Source of the DNA: Eubacteriales bacterium
GTDB lineage: Bacteria > Bacillota > Clostridia > Oscillospirales > JAAYOS01
NCBI GenBank assembly: GCA_050950785.1
Contig: JBMNIG010000029.1
Coordinates: 63,023-127,022 of the forward strand
Length of the DNA: 64,000 nt
Reading direction: 5' to 3'
The notes under the pieces were generated by a model. It saw only the letters and a program-made list of their open reading frames with translations. It was not told the origin of the DNA and searched no databases. The position numbers were made by a program, and so were the translations under genes. This document shows positions 54,268 through 63,165 of the stretch, one piece after another (the first letter of the stretch is position 1; each line of letters opens with the position of its first letter).

Positions 54268-55554
54268 CTAAGAACAGACACAGCCCTTGTCTTTTTGAAG
54301 TTGTAATTGCAGTATGGTTTGTTGTCCAAGGAAAATCAGCAGCTGCCATTTACCCGGCATGTTGTCAGCATCACGAAGCATATCAACGTTATTGAGAACT
54401 CTGTAATTGTTGGTCTTATGTGGGCGCAAGAAGTTGTAATAAGCAACCCAAAGTGCGACACTGTAGTTGGCACCATCAAAATTATCGTATCCACAAGTGA
54501 CGCGATAAGAAGCCTTAAAAGTACGATTAAGGCGCTCGACGATCTGCTTAAAAGGACGGAATTCAGTGGAAACCTCATCATCATTTGTAAGACCAATAAC
54601 TTGAGTGATATCAAAGTGTAGTCCACCATTTTCTTCTTTAGCAAACTGTTGTGCTGCTAAAGGATAGGCACTATAACCGTCAGCAATGAAGTAAAACTTT
54701 TCGGGAATTTTTCTAAGATGCCTAAAGGCCATGCGCATGGCAATAATGCATGGACCAACACCACGATTATCTGAGACTTGATACCCGATGATGGATCGTG
54801 AGATTGCATCCATAATAAACCAAATATAGCCTTTAAGGCCACGAACTTTGATATAGGTTTCGTCAGCCACCATAGTATTGGAGGCTTTGTAATCGTAATG
54901 GTCAACGAAAGGCTTAATGACAGTGGCAGCCGTTTTTGCATAGTTGGCCACCATGGTATGGGATACCTGAATGTTATATAGATCTCTAAGTGCCTGTGAA
55001 GTCTTGCGAAGGGAAAGTCCAAGGTTCACATGAAGAGTTAAGCAAAGAGACATGATGTAAGCATTGTTCTTGGTGAATTTCAAAGACGAGGCATTCTTGG
55101 GTAAGGAATCTAAATCCATGCTGAAGAAGTCTACGGTGAACTCGCGGTAGATATAATGGAGCTTATATTTGTTTTTGCCAAAATCTTCGAGATCCTTCGG
55201 ATCAACTTTTTTAAGATTATGTAGGTAGTATGAGCATCTAGTATTAACACATTTGTGTATGATGAAATGCTTACGGTCTTTCTTGTGAACAAGTGCATGT
55301 CCGCAATAAGGGCAACGCAGTTTAAGAGGTTGGTTGTACTTGTTTTCTGAACTAAATCGGGTCTGGCATACCTTGCAAAGCACTTGACCCTTGGAGCCAT
55401 TATTCTTGTATAAATAAGGCGAAGGTGCACCGCAACGAGGGCAGTGGCACTCCTCCGGAATATCACATTTTTCTACGACGCCTAACCGGCTTGACAGTGT
55501 AGTTGTAACGTTCTTTGTAGTACTGGATAAGAAGAAGATAATCAACAATCTCAT
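54268..55554 (-). CDS. DDE transposase, IS6/IS240-like core with N-terminal double zinc-ribbon region
   Basis: CHCPRCG...CKVCQTRF and CPYCGH...HKCVNTRCSYY form zinc ribbons. DDE core: MVADETYIKVRGLKGYIWFIMDAISRSIIGY, FIADGYSAYP, and IVERLNRTFK. The true N-terminus probably continues into ORF 55463-55729 through a frameshift. Confidence 0.8.
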   Translation of the reverse strand: MRLLIIFFLSSTTKNVTTTLSSRLGVVEKCDIPEECHCPRCGAPSPYLYKNNGSKGQVLCKVCQTRFSSENKYNQPLKLRCPYCGHALVHKKDRKHFIIHKCVNTRCSYYLHNLKKVDPKDLEDFGKNKYKLHYIYREFTVDFFSMDLDSLPKNASSLKFTKNNAYIMSLCLTLHVNLGLSLRKTSQALRDLYNIQVSHTMVANYAKTAATVIKPFVDHYDYKASNTMVADETYIKVRGLKGYIWFIMDAISRSIIGYQVSDNRGVGPCIIAMRMAFRHLRKIPEKFYFIADGYSAYPLAAQQFAKEENGGLHFDITQVIGLTNDDEVSTEFRPFKQIVERLNRTFKASYRVTCGYDNFDGANYSVALWVAYYNFLRPHKTNNYRVLNNVDMLRDADNMPGKWQLLIFLGQQTILQLQLQKDKGCVCS

Positions 55555-55729
55555 AGTTAATTACAACAGGAAGAATATCAGTTTTAAACTTTTGATATTT
55601 AGGGGAATGAGAATCGTCAAAGTTCCACTGCTTGAGTGGAATGAATTTTGCGATGAAACGCGTTAACCAACAAATTTGGTAATATTGGTATTGGATTAGA
55701 GTAAGTAAATAGGTTATAATTGAAGACAT
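55463..55729 (-). CDS. 88-aa upstream ORF, likely the displaced N-terminus of the IS6-like transposase
   Basis: It ends ...YTVKPVRRRRKM* and overlaps the main ORF by 92 nt. Removing one A from the A5 run (+ strand T5 55468-55472) fuses it as ...RRRKCDIPEECHCPRCG. Confidence 0.4.
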   Translation of the reverse strand: MSSIITYLLTLIQYQYYQICWLTRFIAKFIPLKQWNFDDSHSPKYQKFKTDILPVVINYEIVDYLLLIQYYKERYNYTVKPVRRRRKM

Positions 55730-55907
55730 AACAATGACATCCTTTCAGGGATTTTTGGTGTGTGGTAACTTCAATTATAACTGAAAATGGGGGGTCATTG
55801 TTATTTTTATGTAAAAAAAATCAGAAAACCCTTGAAAATAAAGGGTTATTCCAAAAAAAAGGAGTGTCAGACTTGACACTACCGCGGAAGATAAGGAGGG
55901 AGCTCTT

Positions 55908-57206
55908 ATGAAAACAAACCGTGAAATTGCGGAGTATACGCTGGAGGCTTTGAAAAAAGCAGGTGCCGACCATGCGCAGTGCATCGTGGCAAACGGTAAT
56001 GTTGACGAAATCAACGCTGACGGCGGAGAGTTTAGCCTCATGCGTACACTTTTCAACAGTTCTATTTCAATGAAGGCTCTCAAGGACGGAAAGAAAGGAA
56101 CGATTTCCGTCAACAAGGTTGACAAGGAGACTATTGATGCAGCGGTCAAGGATTGTATCGCAGCAGCAGAGTCCTCAGTTGCCGATGAAGCGGAAAGCAT
56201 CGCACAATTAGATAGAAATGAGAGCTTTACGGTCGGTGTTTTACAACCGGATCGTGATAAACTCTTTGACAGGCTCCAAGAGTATCTTCAGGATGTAAAA
56301 AATGAATATCCCAAGATAATAATGGAGCAGCTGATATCTTCCTACACACGCGGCACCCAACTATTGATGAACACAAATGGCGTGGAATACAGCTACGATT
56401 ATGGTGGATATGACATCAGCGCAATGTTTTCGGCCCACGAAGGAGAGAAATCATCATCATTTGTCGGTTATGGCGGTGACATCAAAAACCTTGACCAAAG
56501 GCTAATTGATTTTGGGATGATGAGAACTCTTCTTGCCGAAAGTGAGCGTCAGCTGGATACAAAGCCGGTAGAGGGCAAGTTTGTCGGGAAGGTAGTGATT
56601 ACACCCGCTTGTCTTGACAGCATACTGATGACGATTTTCCGAAACTTCATTTCGGACACAACACTTATTGATGGCACAAGTCCATGGAAAAGCAAGCTCG
56701 ATCAAAAGGTTGCGTCTGACAAGTTGTCTATTTCTACTGTCCCCCTTGATGAACGCGTAGTATGCGGCGAAAGGTTTACAGGTGAGGGCTATAGAAGTGA
56801 GAATATGGAAATAATAAGCGACGGCGTTTTGAAAAACTTTCTTTTGACAGAGTATGGTGCCAGAAAGACCGGTTTTACAAGAGCCAAGAACCTAAGCCAC
56901 AACTTGTGGGTACGTCCCGGGGATGTCACACATGATGAAATCATAAGTACGATAGATCGCGGTATCCTTTTAAATAGGTTCTCCGGTGGCCGTCCCGGAA
57001 CAAGCGGTGATTTTTCAGGAGTTGCAAAAAACAGCTTCCTGATCGAGAACGGCAAAGTTACTGCTGCAATTAGTGAGACGATGATAAGCGGCAATCTTGC
57101 CGAAATGCTAAACAATGTTGTTGCTATTTCCTCCGACACAGTATGCGATGGTGTGTCCATACTGCCGTGGATTGCGTTTGATGGTATTACCATCTCAGGC
57201 AAGTAA
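55908..57206 (+). CDS. pmbA: PmbA/TldE-type partner of TldD (TldD/PmbA family, no HExxxH)
   Basis: 432 aa starting MKTNREIAEYTLEALKKAGADHAQC, with a C-terminal ...FSGVAKNSFLIENGKV...ISGN... typical of PmbA. RBS aaggaggg is present. Confidence 0.85.
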   Translation: MKTNREIAEYTLEALKKAGADHAQCIVANGNVDEINADGGEFSLMRTLFNSSISMKALKDGKKGTISVNKVDKETIDAAVKDCIAAAESSVADEAESIAQLDRNESFTVGVLQPDRDKLFDRLQEYLQDVKNEYPKIIMEQLISSYTRGTQLLMNTNGVEYSYDYGGYDISAMFSAHEGEKSSSFVGYGGDIKNLDQRLIDFGMMRTLLAESERQLDTKPVEGKFVGKVVITPACLDSILMTIFRNFISDTTLIDGTSPWKSKLDQKVASDKLSISTVPLDERVVCGERFTGEGYRSENMEIISDGVLKNFLLTEYGARKTGFTRAKNLSHNLWVRPGDVTHDEIISTIDRGILLNRFSGGRPGTSGDFSGVAKNSFLIENGKVTAAISETMISGNLAEMLNNVVAISSDTVCDGVSILPWIAFDGITISGK

Positions 57207-57235
57207 CACTCTATCCTTGTTTTTTGAGACGAAAA

Positions 57236-57277
57236 AAGGGACTGTTGCTCCGTATTCAAGGGGAGAAACAGTCCCTT
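57236..57277 (-). terminator. rho-independent terminator of the DUF503 gene (hairpin also closes pmbA)
   Basis: 11-bp stem AAGGGACTGTT / AACAGTCCCTT. On the minus strand it is followed by TTTTTTCG. Confidence 0.75.
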
Positions 57278-57358
57278 AAAGCATATGTCTCATTTCCAAT
57301 CGATATTGGCCGGGTTTGGAAACTATCGTAGGACGCGGGGGATAGGCTGGTAACAGCG

Positions 57359-57640
57359 TTATCTGAGTTCCCGCCGGATCTCAATAATCTCAGCGTCAGT
57401 ATTTCCCTCGATAAATGATAGTACCGAGTCAATAATACTATCTGCATGTGATACACTGCCGGCGACACAAGCGAGCCCTAGCACAATAGTCTGATGCACA
57501 TCCTGCTCGTCTATCTCAGCAATCGAAATATTGAACTTTTTCTTTACTCTATCGATCAAGCTTTTTACAACCATGCGTTTTTCTTTCAAAGAATGGACCC
57601 AAGGTGCGTAAAGCTTAATGGTCGCCGCTTCAATGATCAT
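57359..57640 (-). CDS. DUF503 (YlxP-like) protein
   Basis: MIIEAATIKLYAPWVHSLKEKRMVVKSLIDRVKKKFNISIAEIDEQDVHQTIVLGLA is characteristic of DUF503. Confidence 0.8.
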   Translation of the reverse strand: MIIEAATIKLYAPWVHSLKEKRMVVKSLIDRVKKKFNISIAEIDEQDVHQTIVLGLACVAGSVSHADSIIDSVLSFIEGNTDAEIIEIRRELR

Positions 57641-57872
57641 GCCGTGATTTTTCCTTTCTTGACACTCCCCACAACTAAAGCCATGGGATTCTTTAGTGGT
57701 AGTCGGAAGTTCGTTTCCGCTATCCTTAGTTCCAAAAGTAGTGTGCCATCATCCTTCCTAAGACAGTGCATATAGCATCTTAGGCTGGCAGACTATCCCT
57801 CATCGCTACTCCATCTGCCACAGGATCTGCATGATAAGTATAGTCGGGGAATTTCTAAAAACCAATGGTGGT

Positions 57873-57906
57873 TTCGATATGTCCATATATTCGATATGTC
57901 CATATA
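57873..57906. repeat. perfect tandem duplication of a 17-bp unit
   Basis: TTCGATATGTCCATATA occurs at 57873-57889 and again at 57890-57906, immediately 3' of the DUF2804 stop codon. Confidence 0.9.
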
Positions 57907-57912
57907 GTTAAG

Positions 57913-58974
57913 TCACCATCTGTTTTTAACTTTCTCCGCAAAACCGATAAAGTCTTTGATTGAAATTATTTTTCCATCATCAAGGACAGCATTTCCCGAA
58001 AATCTTCCGAAAACCTGGTGCTGGTCTGATTTTATCACAACTACGCTTGTACAGGATGCCCTGTCGATTATCGGCTCAAACTCCATTTCGAAACGTTTAT
58101 CGTCGCTTGTGAAAGTCCATTTCTTCAAGTAATCTTCTTTTCCCTTTTCCTTTAACGGGATATTGAAGCTTACATTGCTCAACTTATGGGCTTTGCCATC
58201 ATAAAAAAGCATGTTTTCTGTTGCTGCAGAGGTGTCTCCAAAACCGTAACCGATGTTGAATCCGAAGGGGACACCATCAACTGTTCCTGACGCGCTGCCC
58301 CAATACCAGGTATTACTGTATGTCCATACTCCTCGTCCCCAGTCGAGCACTGCAAAAGAATCCTCAGGACTGAAGACATATTCTGCCTCACCCAATTTTA
58401 CAACACCTTCTGCAGTCATGCAATTAATTTTCTGATTGAAATAGAAATGCCCTTTTCTTCTAAATGGAGTTGCAATGACCATGCTTTCTTCGGGTTCGTT
58501 GTCAAGTGTTATCAGCCCTGATATTGGTTTGCCTTCATAAAAGGGATCCATTTGAAAATCAAGAATTCGTTTTCCATCCTGATGACAGAAACTGATCCTG
58601 TAGTTTTTGCCCATTACACTGACATTGCCTGTGGATGAAGAGGATGGCAGATTTTTTTTGCCCATGGTCAGTATCTGCATGAGACTTACTGTTTTTTGCC
58701 AGGGTTCATCGAAATTTAGAAACGTTATTGAATCTAATCCCATATATGAGTTGTCAGCTATCGTCAATGCAACGGCGTAGTGATCGTTAGCTATCAAATA
58801 GTAATCCCATTCCTTGATTCGCAATTTGTTGGCCCTGATGTCATTGCGATTGTAGACTGGCAAAAGCTTTCTTGCATATCCTGCGACTTTGAGGTTGCCC
58901 CTATCGTCCAGTAATGGTGTAGATTTGGTAATTTCATTTTGCACCGGCAAAGACTTAGTGACAGTGTTTGACAT
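57913..58974 (-). CDS. DUF2804-family protein
   Basis: MSNTVTKSLPVQNEITKSTPLLDDRGNLKVAGYARKLLPVYNRNDIRANKLRIKEWDYYLI... resembles DUF2804. ATG 58974 follows ggaaggggga. The ORF track extends to a TTG at 58992. Confidence 0.8.
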   Translation of the reverse strand: MSNTVTKSLPVQNEITKSTPLLDDRGNLKVAGYARKLLPVYNRNDIRANKLRIKEWDYYLIANDHYAVALTIADNSYMGLDSITFLNFDEPWQKTVSLMQILTMGKKNLPSSSSTGNVSVMGKNYRISFCHQDGKRILDFQMDPFYEGKPISGLITLDNEPEESMVIATPFRRKGHFYFNQKINCMTAEGVVKLGEAEYVFSPEDSFAVLDWGRGVWTYSNTWYWGSASGTVDGVPFGFNIGYGFGDTSAATENMLFYDGKAHKLSNVSFNIPLKEKGKEDYLKKWTFTSDDKRFEMEFEPIIDRASCTSVVVIKSDQHQVFGRFSGNAVLDDGKIISIKDFIGFAEKVKNRW

Positions 58975-59174
58975 ATAAATTCCCCCTTCCAAAGCTTAGA
59001 AATAAAGTTGTAGGTCATGCACATAGATAAATTAAAAAATGCCAGACTATTTATCAATTATACCATAAATATGTATATTTACAAGCAAACTAATACAAGA
59101 GGACGGTCCTACTGTGCATTTTCCTTGTGCAAAGAAGAACCGTCCCCTTGTGTCTGTATTCTTCGTCATGGTTG

Positions 59175-59939
59175 TCAACCGAGGGAGCGATAGCGATTAT
59201 AGCGCTGAGTGGCGAGCTCTTCACCCGAAAGGGCGCCGAGTTGCTTAAGAGCTGTTGACAGCTCATTGCGAATTATGTGAAATGTGCTTTTGGGCAGAGA
59301 CTCGCTGATCACCTTATCAACTACACCGAACTTTAGCATATCTTTTGCGGTGAGCTTTAGGTTTTCCGCCGCCCTGTCAGCCAACTTCGGGTCTTTGTAG
59401 AGAATTGAAGCACAGCCCTCGGGAGAGATGACCGAGTAGACTGCTTTCTCAAGCATCCAAACCTCATTTGCAACTGCGAGCGCCAATGCACCACCGCTGC
59501 CGCCTTCGCCTATCAAAATAGTTATGATCGGTGTCTGAAGATCCATCATTTCCATGAGGTTTTCAGCAATTGCCTGGCCCTGTCCGCGTTCTTCAGCACC
59601 AATTCCACAGTACGCACCTGAAGTGTCTACAAAGCAGATCACAGGCCGGTGAAATTTCTCGGCTTGTTTCATGAGGCGAAGTGCTTTTCGATAACCTTCG
59701 GGATTCGCTGAGCCGAAATTGCGTTCAATGCGTGATTTGGTGTCTTGGCCCTTTTCAATTGCAATCACGGTTACAGTCATATTACCGATTCGTGCAAGGC
59801 CGCCTATTATAGCTTTATCGTCAGCAAAGCGGCGGTCACCATGCAGTTCTATGAAATCTGTAAAGACATTGTTTATAAAATCCAAACCGGTACTGCGACC
59901 TTTGGCCCTTGCAGCATATACATATTCAATAGCTTTCAT
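59175..59939 (-). CDS. accA: acetyl-CoA carboxylase carboxyltransferase alpha subunit (short form)
   Basis: FIELHGDRRFADDKAIIGGLARIGNMTVTVIAIEKG...FVDTSGAYCGIGAEERGQGQAIA... Confidence 0.9.
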   Translation of the reverse strand: MKAIEYVYAARAKGRSTGLDFINNVFTDFIELHGDRRFADDKAIIGGLARIGNMTVTVIAIEKGQDTKSRIERNFGSANPEGYRKALRLMKQAEKFHRPVICFVDTSGAYCGIGAEERGQGQAIAENLMEMMDLQTPIITILIGEGGSGGALALAVANEVWMLEKAVYSVISPEGCASILYKDPKLADRAAENLKLTAKDMLKFGVVDKVISESLPKSTFHIIRNELSTALKQLGALSGEELATQRYNRYRSLG

Positions 59940-59975
59940 GATTTAACCTTACCCTTTGATTGGATCCTTTCTGGT

Positions 59976-60821
59976 TCAAGAGTGCATCCAAAGTAGTTTA
60001 CCAATGGTTTTTCTCAGTTCGGTCCGCTTTACGATTGCATCAATAAAGCCTTTTTCCAAAAGGAACTCAGCTTTTTGAAAACCAGCGGGCAGCTTCTGCC
60101 TTGTTGTCTGAGCAATAACGCGGGGTCCTGCAAAGCAGATGAGTGCATCGGGTTCAGAAAGAATAATGTCCCCGGCCATGGCAAAGGATGCTGTTACCCC
60201 ACCTGTAGTCGGATTAGTCAGTACGGCGATGTAAAGAAGTCCTGATTTGCTGTGTTTGGAAACAGCACCGCTCGTCTTTGCCATTTGCATCAAAGAGAGG
60301 ATACCCTCCTGCATACGGGCGCCACCTGAAACCGTAAACCCGACAACCGGCAGCTTTTGTTCTATTGCAGTTTCAAATAGCCTTGTTATCTTTTCGCCGA
60401 CAACTGTACCCATACTTCCCATCATAAAGTTTTTCTCCATCACAAAAACTGCACAGCGAACACCAGCTATTGAGCACAGCCCTGTCACAACAGCTTCATT
60501 TTCTGAAGAGGCAAGTTTAGCATGCTTGAGCTTCTTTTCATAGTCGGGAAATCCAATCACATTTGTGGACTGCATATCTCGATCGACCTCTGTGAAGCTG
60601 TCTTTGTCCGCTATAAGATGGAGCCGCATACGCGCGTTGATATAAAAATGGTATCCGCACTTGGAGCAAACATTTGCGTTGTCTGATAACTCATCTGTTA
60701 TCATTGCTTTTTTACAAGACGGACAGTATGTGAACATTTCATCCGGAATCGATGGAGTCCGTTTTTTACCGTTTTTCAAAATGAACTCAAGTTCGTTGCG
60801 TGGTTTTTTGAATTGAAACAT
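59976..60821 (-). CDS. accD: acetyl-CoA carboxylase carboxyltransferase beta subunit
   Basis: N-terminal zinc ribbon CPSCKKAM...CSKCGYH, then FMMGSMGTVVGEKITR...SGGARMQEG. Confidence 0.9.
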   Translation of the reverse strand: MFQFKKPRNELEFILKNGKKRTPSIPDEMFTYCPSCKKAMITDELSDNANVCSKCGYHFYINARMRLHLIADKDSFTEVDRDMQSTNVIGFPDYEKKLKHAKLASSENEAVVTGLCSIAGVRCAVFVMEKNFMMGSMGTVVGEKITRLFETAIEQKLPVVGFTVSGGARMQEGILSLMQMAKTSGAVSKHSKSGLLYIAVLTNPTTGGVTASFAMAGDIILSEPDALICFAGPRVIAQTTRQKLPAGFQKAEFLLEKGFIDAIVKRTELRKTIGKLLWMHS

Positions 60822-60861
60822 TGTCTACTCCGTTTCACTTGATTGAGTGCTAAAATCTTTC

Positions 60862-62223
60862 TCAATCGTTTTTGCTGACCGGCTGTCTGGTTAAGAATTC
60901 TGCTAAAAAACCGGTACTGTAGCTTCCGTCAACAAAAGCTGAGTTCTCCAGAAGCTCCATATGAAAATCAATATTGGATTCCACTCCCTCGATTATCAGT
61001 TCACAGAGGGAGGCTTGCATTTTTCGTATTGCCTCTTCACGATCTGTTGCATGGACGATCAGCTTACCGATCATAGAATCGTAGAAGGGAGGGATGGAAT
61101 ATCCTTGATAGACTGCGCTGTCAAATCTGATCCATGGTCCGCTAGGAATGTGTAGTGAGGTGATTTTTCCGCAGCTTGGGAGAAAGTTGAGATACGGATT
61201 TTCCGCATTGATCCGGCATTCGATTGCATGACCTGAAAAACGGATGTCTTCCTGTTTGAATGGCAACTTAACATCTGCGGCTATTCGTAATTGCCATTTT
61301 ACAATATCGATACCAGTAATCATTTCCGTGACCGGATGCTCAACCTGTAAACGAGTATTCATCTCCATGAAGTAGAAATTTCCATCTTCATCGAGTATGA
61401 ATTCGATCGTTCCGGCATTCCGGTATCCGATCGCTGACGCTGCTTTTAGCGATACGTCGATAAGCTTGCGCCGCAGCTCATCACTGACGGAAGGGGAAGG
61501 ACTTTCCTCGATCAGTTTTTGGCTCCTTCGTTGCATGGAGCATTCACGTTCACCAAGGCACACTGCATTTCCATAGTGATCGCATAACAGCTGTACTTCT
61601 ATGTGCTTTGCCGGTTCAATATACTTTTCAAGATATATGCCGCCGTCTCCGAAAGCCGATTTTGCTTCGATGGATGCGGATTGAAATGCCTGCTCAAACT
61701 CATCCATACTTGTGACAAGGCGGATCCCGCGGCCGCCACCGCCTGAGCGGGATTTGCAGAGCAGGGGAAACCCTATACGCTCTGCCTCTTTTTTGGCATC
61801 TTCAATGCTTTCAACGACATTGCAGCCCGGTACTACAGGAACGCCTGCCATTTGCATTGTCTTTTTAGCTTTCTCCTTATCACCCATATTCCGAATCACT
61901 TCTGCGGTCGGGCCGATAAACGTGAAATTGCATTTCTCACAGAGCTCAGCAAACCGTGGGTTCTCCGAGAGCAAACCGTAACCGGGGTGGATGGCTTCGG
62001 CTCCTGTATATATGGCGGCGGAAAGTATTGCGTCCATGTTGAGATAACTTTCACTTACTGTGTTCCCGCCAATGCATACGCTCTCATCGGCCAGACTGAC
62101 ATGCAGTGAATTTGCATCCGCGGTGGAATAAACCGCAACCGTTGCGATGCCCATCTCTCGGCAAGCTCGAATAATTCGTACAGCAATCTCGCCACGGTTT
62201 GCTACAAGTATTTTCGAAAACAT
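60862..62223 (-). CDS. accC: biotin carboxylase
   Basis: MFSKILVANRGEIAVRIIRACREMGI...GGGGRGIRLV...EMNTRLQVEHPVTE. Confidence 0.95.
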   Translation of the reverse strand: MFSKILVANRGEIAVRIIRACREMGIATVAVYSTADANSLHVSLADESVCIGGNTVSESYLNMDAILSAAIYTGAEAIHPGYGLLSENPRFAELCEKCNFTFIGPTAEVIRNMGDKEKAKKTMQMAGVPVVPGCNVVESIEDAKKEAERIGFPLLCKSRSGGGGRGIRLVTSMDEFEQAFQSASIEAKSAFGDGGIYLEKYIEPAKHIEVQLLCDHYGNAVCLGERECSMQRRSQKLIEESPSPSVSDELRRKLIDVSLKAASAIGYRNAGTIEFILDEDGNFYFMEMNTRLQVEHPVTEMITGIDIVKWQLRIAADVKLPFKQEDIRFSGHAIECRINAENPYLNFLPSCGKITSLHIPSGPWIRFDSAVYQGYSIPPFYDSMIGKLIVHATDREEAIRKMQASLCELIIEGVESNIDFHMELLENSAFVDGSYSTGFLAEFLTRQPVSKND

Positions 62224-62646
62224 TTATTCCCCTCCAATCAATGCAAAGGAGAATTCGCCCTCCACACTCAGTTTTCCGTTTACCCTCCCTTTTCCTTCAG
62301 CAAAGTAAAAGGGGGCTCTTTGCTTTTTGATTTTGCAAACAAACTCTATCGTATCGCCGGGCTTTACAACATTTCTGAAGCGGACTTTATCAAGACTTGT
62401 GAAATATGGCGTTTTACCGCTACTGTTTTCCGCCAAAAGCACTGCGCAAGTCTGTGCCATCATCTCGCAGAGAATAACACCCGGCACAACCGGATCACCC
62501 GGAAAATGTCCTTGCAGGAAGAATTCATCTCCGCGGACGGTATATGTTCCGAAGGCACTGCCATCTTCGTTGATTCCGACCTGTTCAATGAGTAGCATAG
62601 GATGACGATGGGGCAGTATTTTTTCAATTTCAGATTTATTCATCAT
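62224..62646 (-). CDS. fabZ: 3-hydroxyacyl-ACP dehydratase FabZ
   Basis: LPHRHPMLLIE...LQGHFPGDPVVPGVILCEMMAQ. The stop abuts the accC start. Confidence 0.9.
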   Translation of the reverse strand: MMNKSEIEKILPHRHPMLLIEQVGINEDGSAFGTYTVRGDEFFLQGHFPGDPVVPGVILCEMMAQTCAVLLAENSSGKTPYFTSLDKVRFRNVVKPGDTIEFVCKIKKQRAPFYFAEGKGRVNGKLSVEGEFSFALIGGE

Positions 62647-62668
62647 TTGATTTTCTTACCCTCATAAC

Positions 62669-63121
62669 TTAGATGATTTTGAAGAGAGGTTGTGCAAACT
62701 CTACCACTTGACCATTTTCGACGCAGATTTTTGCTATTTCACCATCTCTGTCCGAAGTGATCTCATTCATCAACTTCATCGATTCGATTATACAAAGAAC
62801 ATCGCCCTTTTTTACTTTGCTGCCTACCCGTACATAAGGTTCTTTGTCAGGGGCGGGCGCTGCGTAGAATACTCCAACCATTGGCGATTTGACTTCGTGC
62901 AAAGCCGGCTCATTTGCAGGAGCGGCCTCTATAGAAATATCACTTTTTGTGATTACATTTGTATCATGCATTATTTTCACAGGGCTACATCGCTCAGCTT
63001 CTGCCAAGCAACCTCGTGCAACTTTGATTTTGATCATCATATTGTCGATATGGAGCTCAATGCTCTCAAGATTATTTTCATTTGCGATTTTTGCAAGCTC
63101 CCGGATTTTGTTTGTGTTCAT
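62669..63121 (-). CDS. accB: biotin carboxyl carrier protein
   Basis: C-terminal biotinyl domain with VKKGDVLCIIESMKLMNEI (biotinyl-Lys motif). Confidence 0.9.
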   Translation of the reverse strand: MNTNKIRELAKIANENNLESIELHIDNMMIKIKVARGCLAEAERCSPVKIMHDTNVITKSDISIEAAPANEPALHEVKSPMVGVFYAAPAPDKEPYVRVGSKVKKGDVLCIIESMKLMNEITSDRDGEIAKICVENGQVVEFAQPLFKII

Positions 63122-63165
63122 CGTCCACCTTCCAATCTGCGTTCAGTTGATCATCAACAACAGTC

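Larger units (their letters stand above)
54030..55860 (-). mobile_element. IS6/IS240-like insertion sequence lodged between tldD and pmbA (ends not resolved)
   Basis: About 1.9 kb of foreign sequence carrying a DDE transposase separates the tldD stop (54016) from the pmbA RBS (about 55893). I could not identify convincing terminal inverted repeats or a target duplication by eye, so the coordinates are approximate. Confidence 0.5.

Noticed and set aside
51207-55860. IS30 and the IS6-like element forming a composite transposon around tldD.
   Set aside because: The two elements belong to different families, have unrelated ends, and sit in opposite orientation. Nothing suggests they mobilise tldD together.
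54017-55900. Terminal inverted repeats or an 8-bp target duplication for the IS6-like element (candidates GAAAAAGG at 54022-54029 vs AAAAAAGG at 55855-55862; TGAC..CCCCCA motifs near 54103 and 55790).
   Set aside because: The candidate matches are short, A-rich and imperfect, and the adjoining sequences do not align as inverted repeats. The boundaries cannot be set without an empty-site comparison.
57641-57872. 230-nt spacer upstream of the DUF503 gene with two 7-bp hairpins (CCTAAGA/TCTTAGG at 57757-57784; TGGCAGA/TCTGCCA at 57786-57820), considered as a riboswitch or leader.
   Set aside because: It resembles no riboswitch consensus I know. The stems are short and the region could simply hold the promoter. 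The evidence is insufficient.
59099-59147. Terminator after accA.
   Set aside because: It has only a 7-bp stem (GGACGGT/ACCGTCC) with a 31-nt loop and a poor T-tract. That is too weak to annotate.
59175-59975. AccA looks N-terminally truncated (254 aa versus about 320 aa in E. coli/B. subtilis), so another frameshift was suspected.
   Set aside because: Only 36 nt separate the accD stop from the accA ATG, and that gap contains a reasonable RBS (aagggtaagg). There is no room for a lost exon-like segment, so a naturally short form is more likely.
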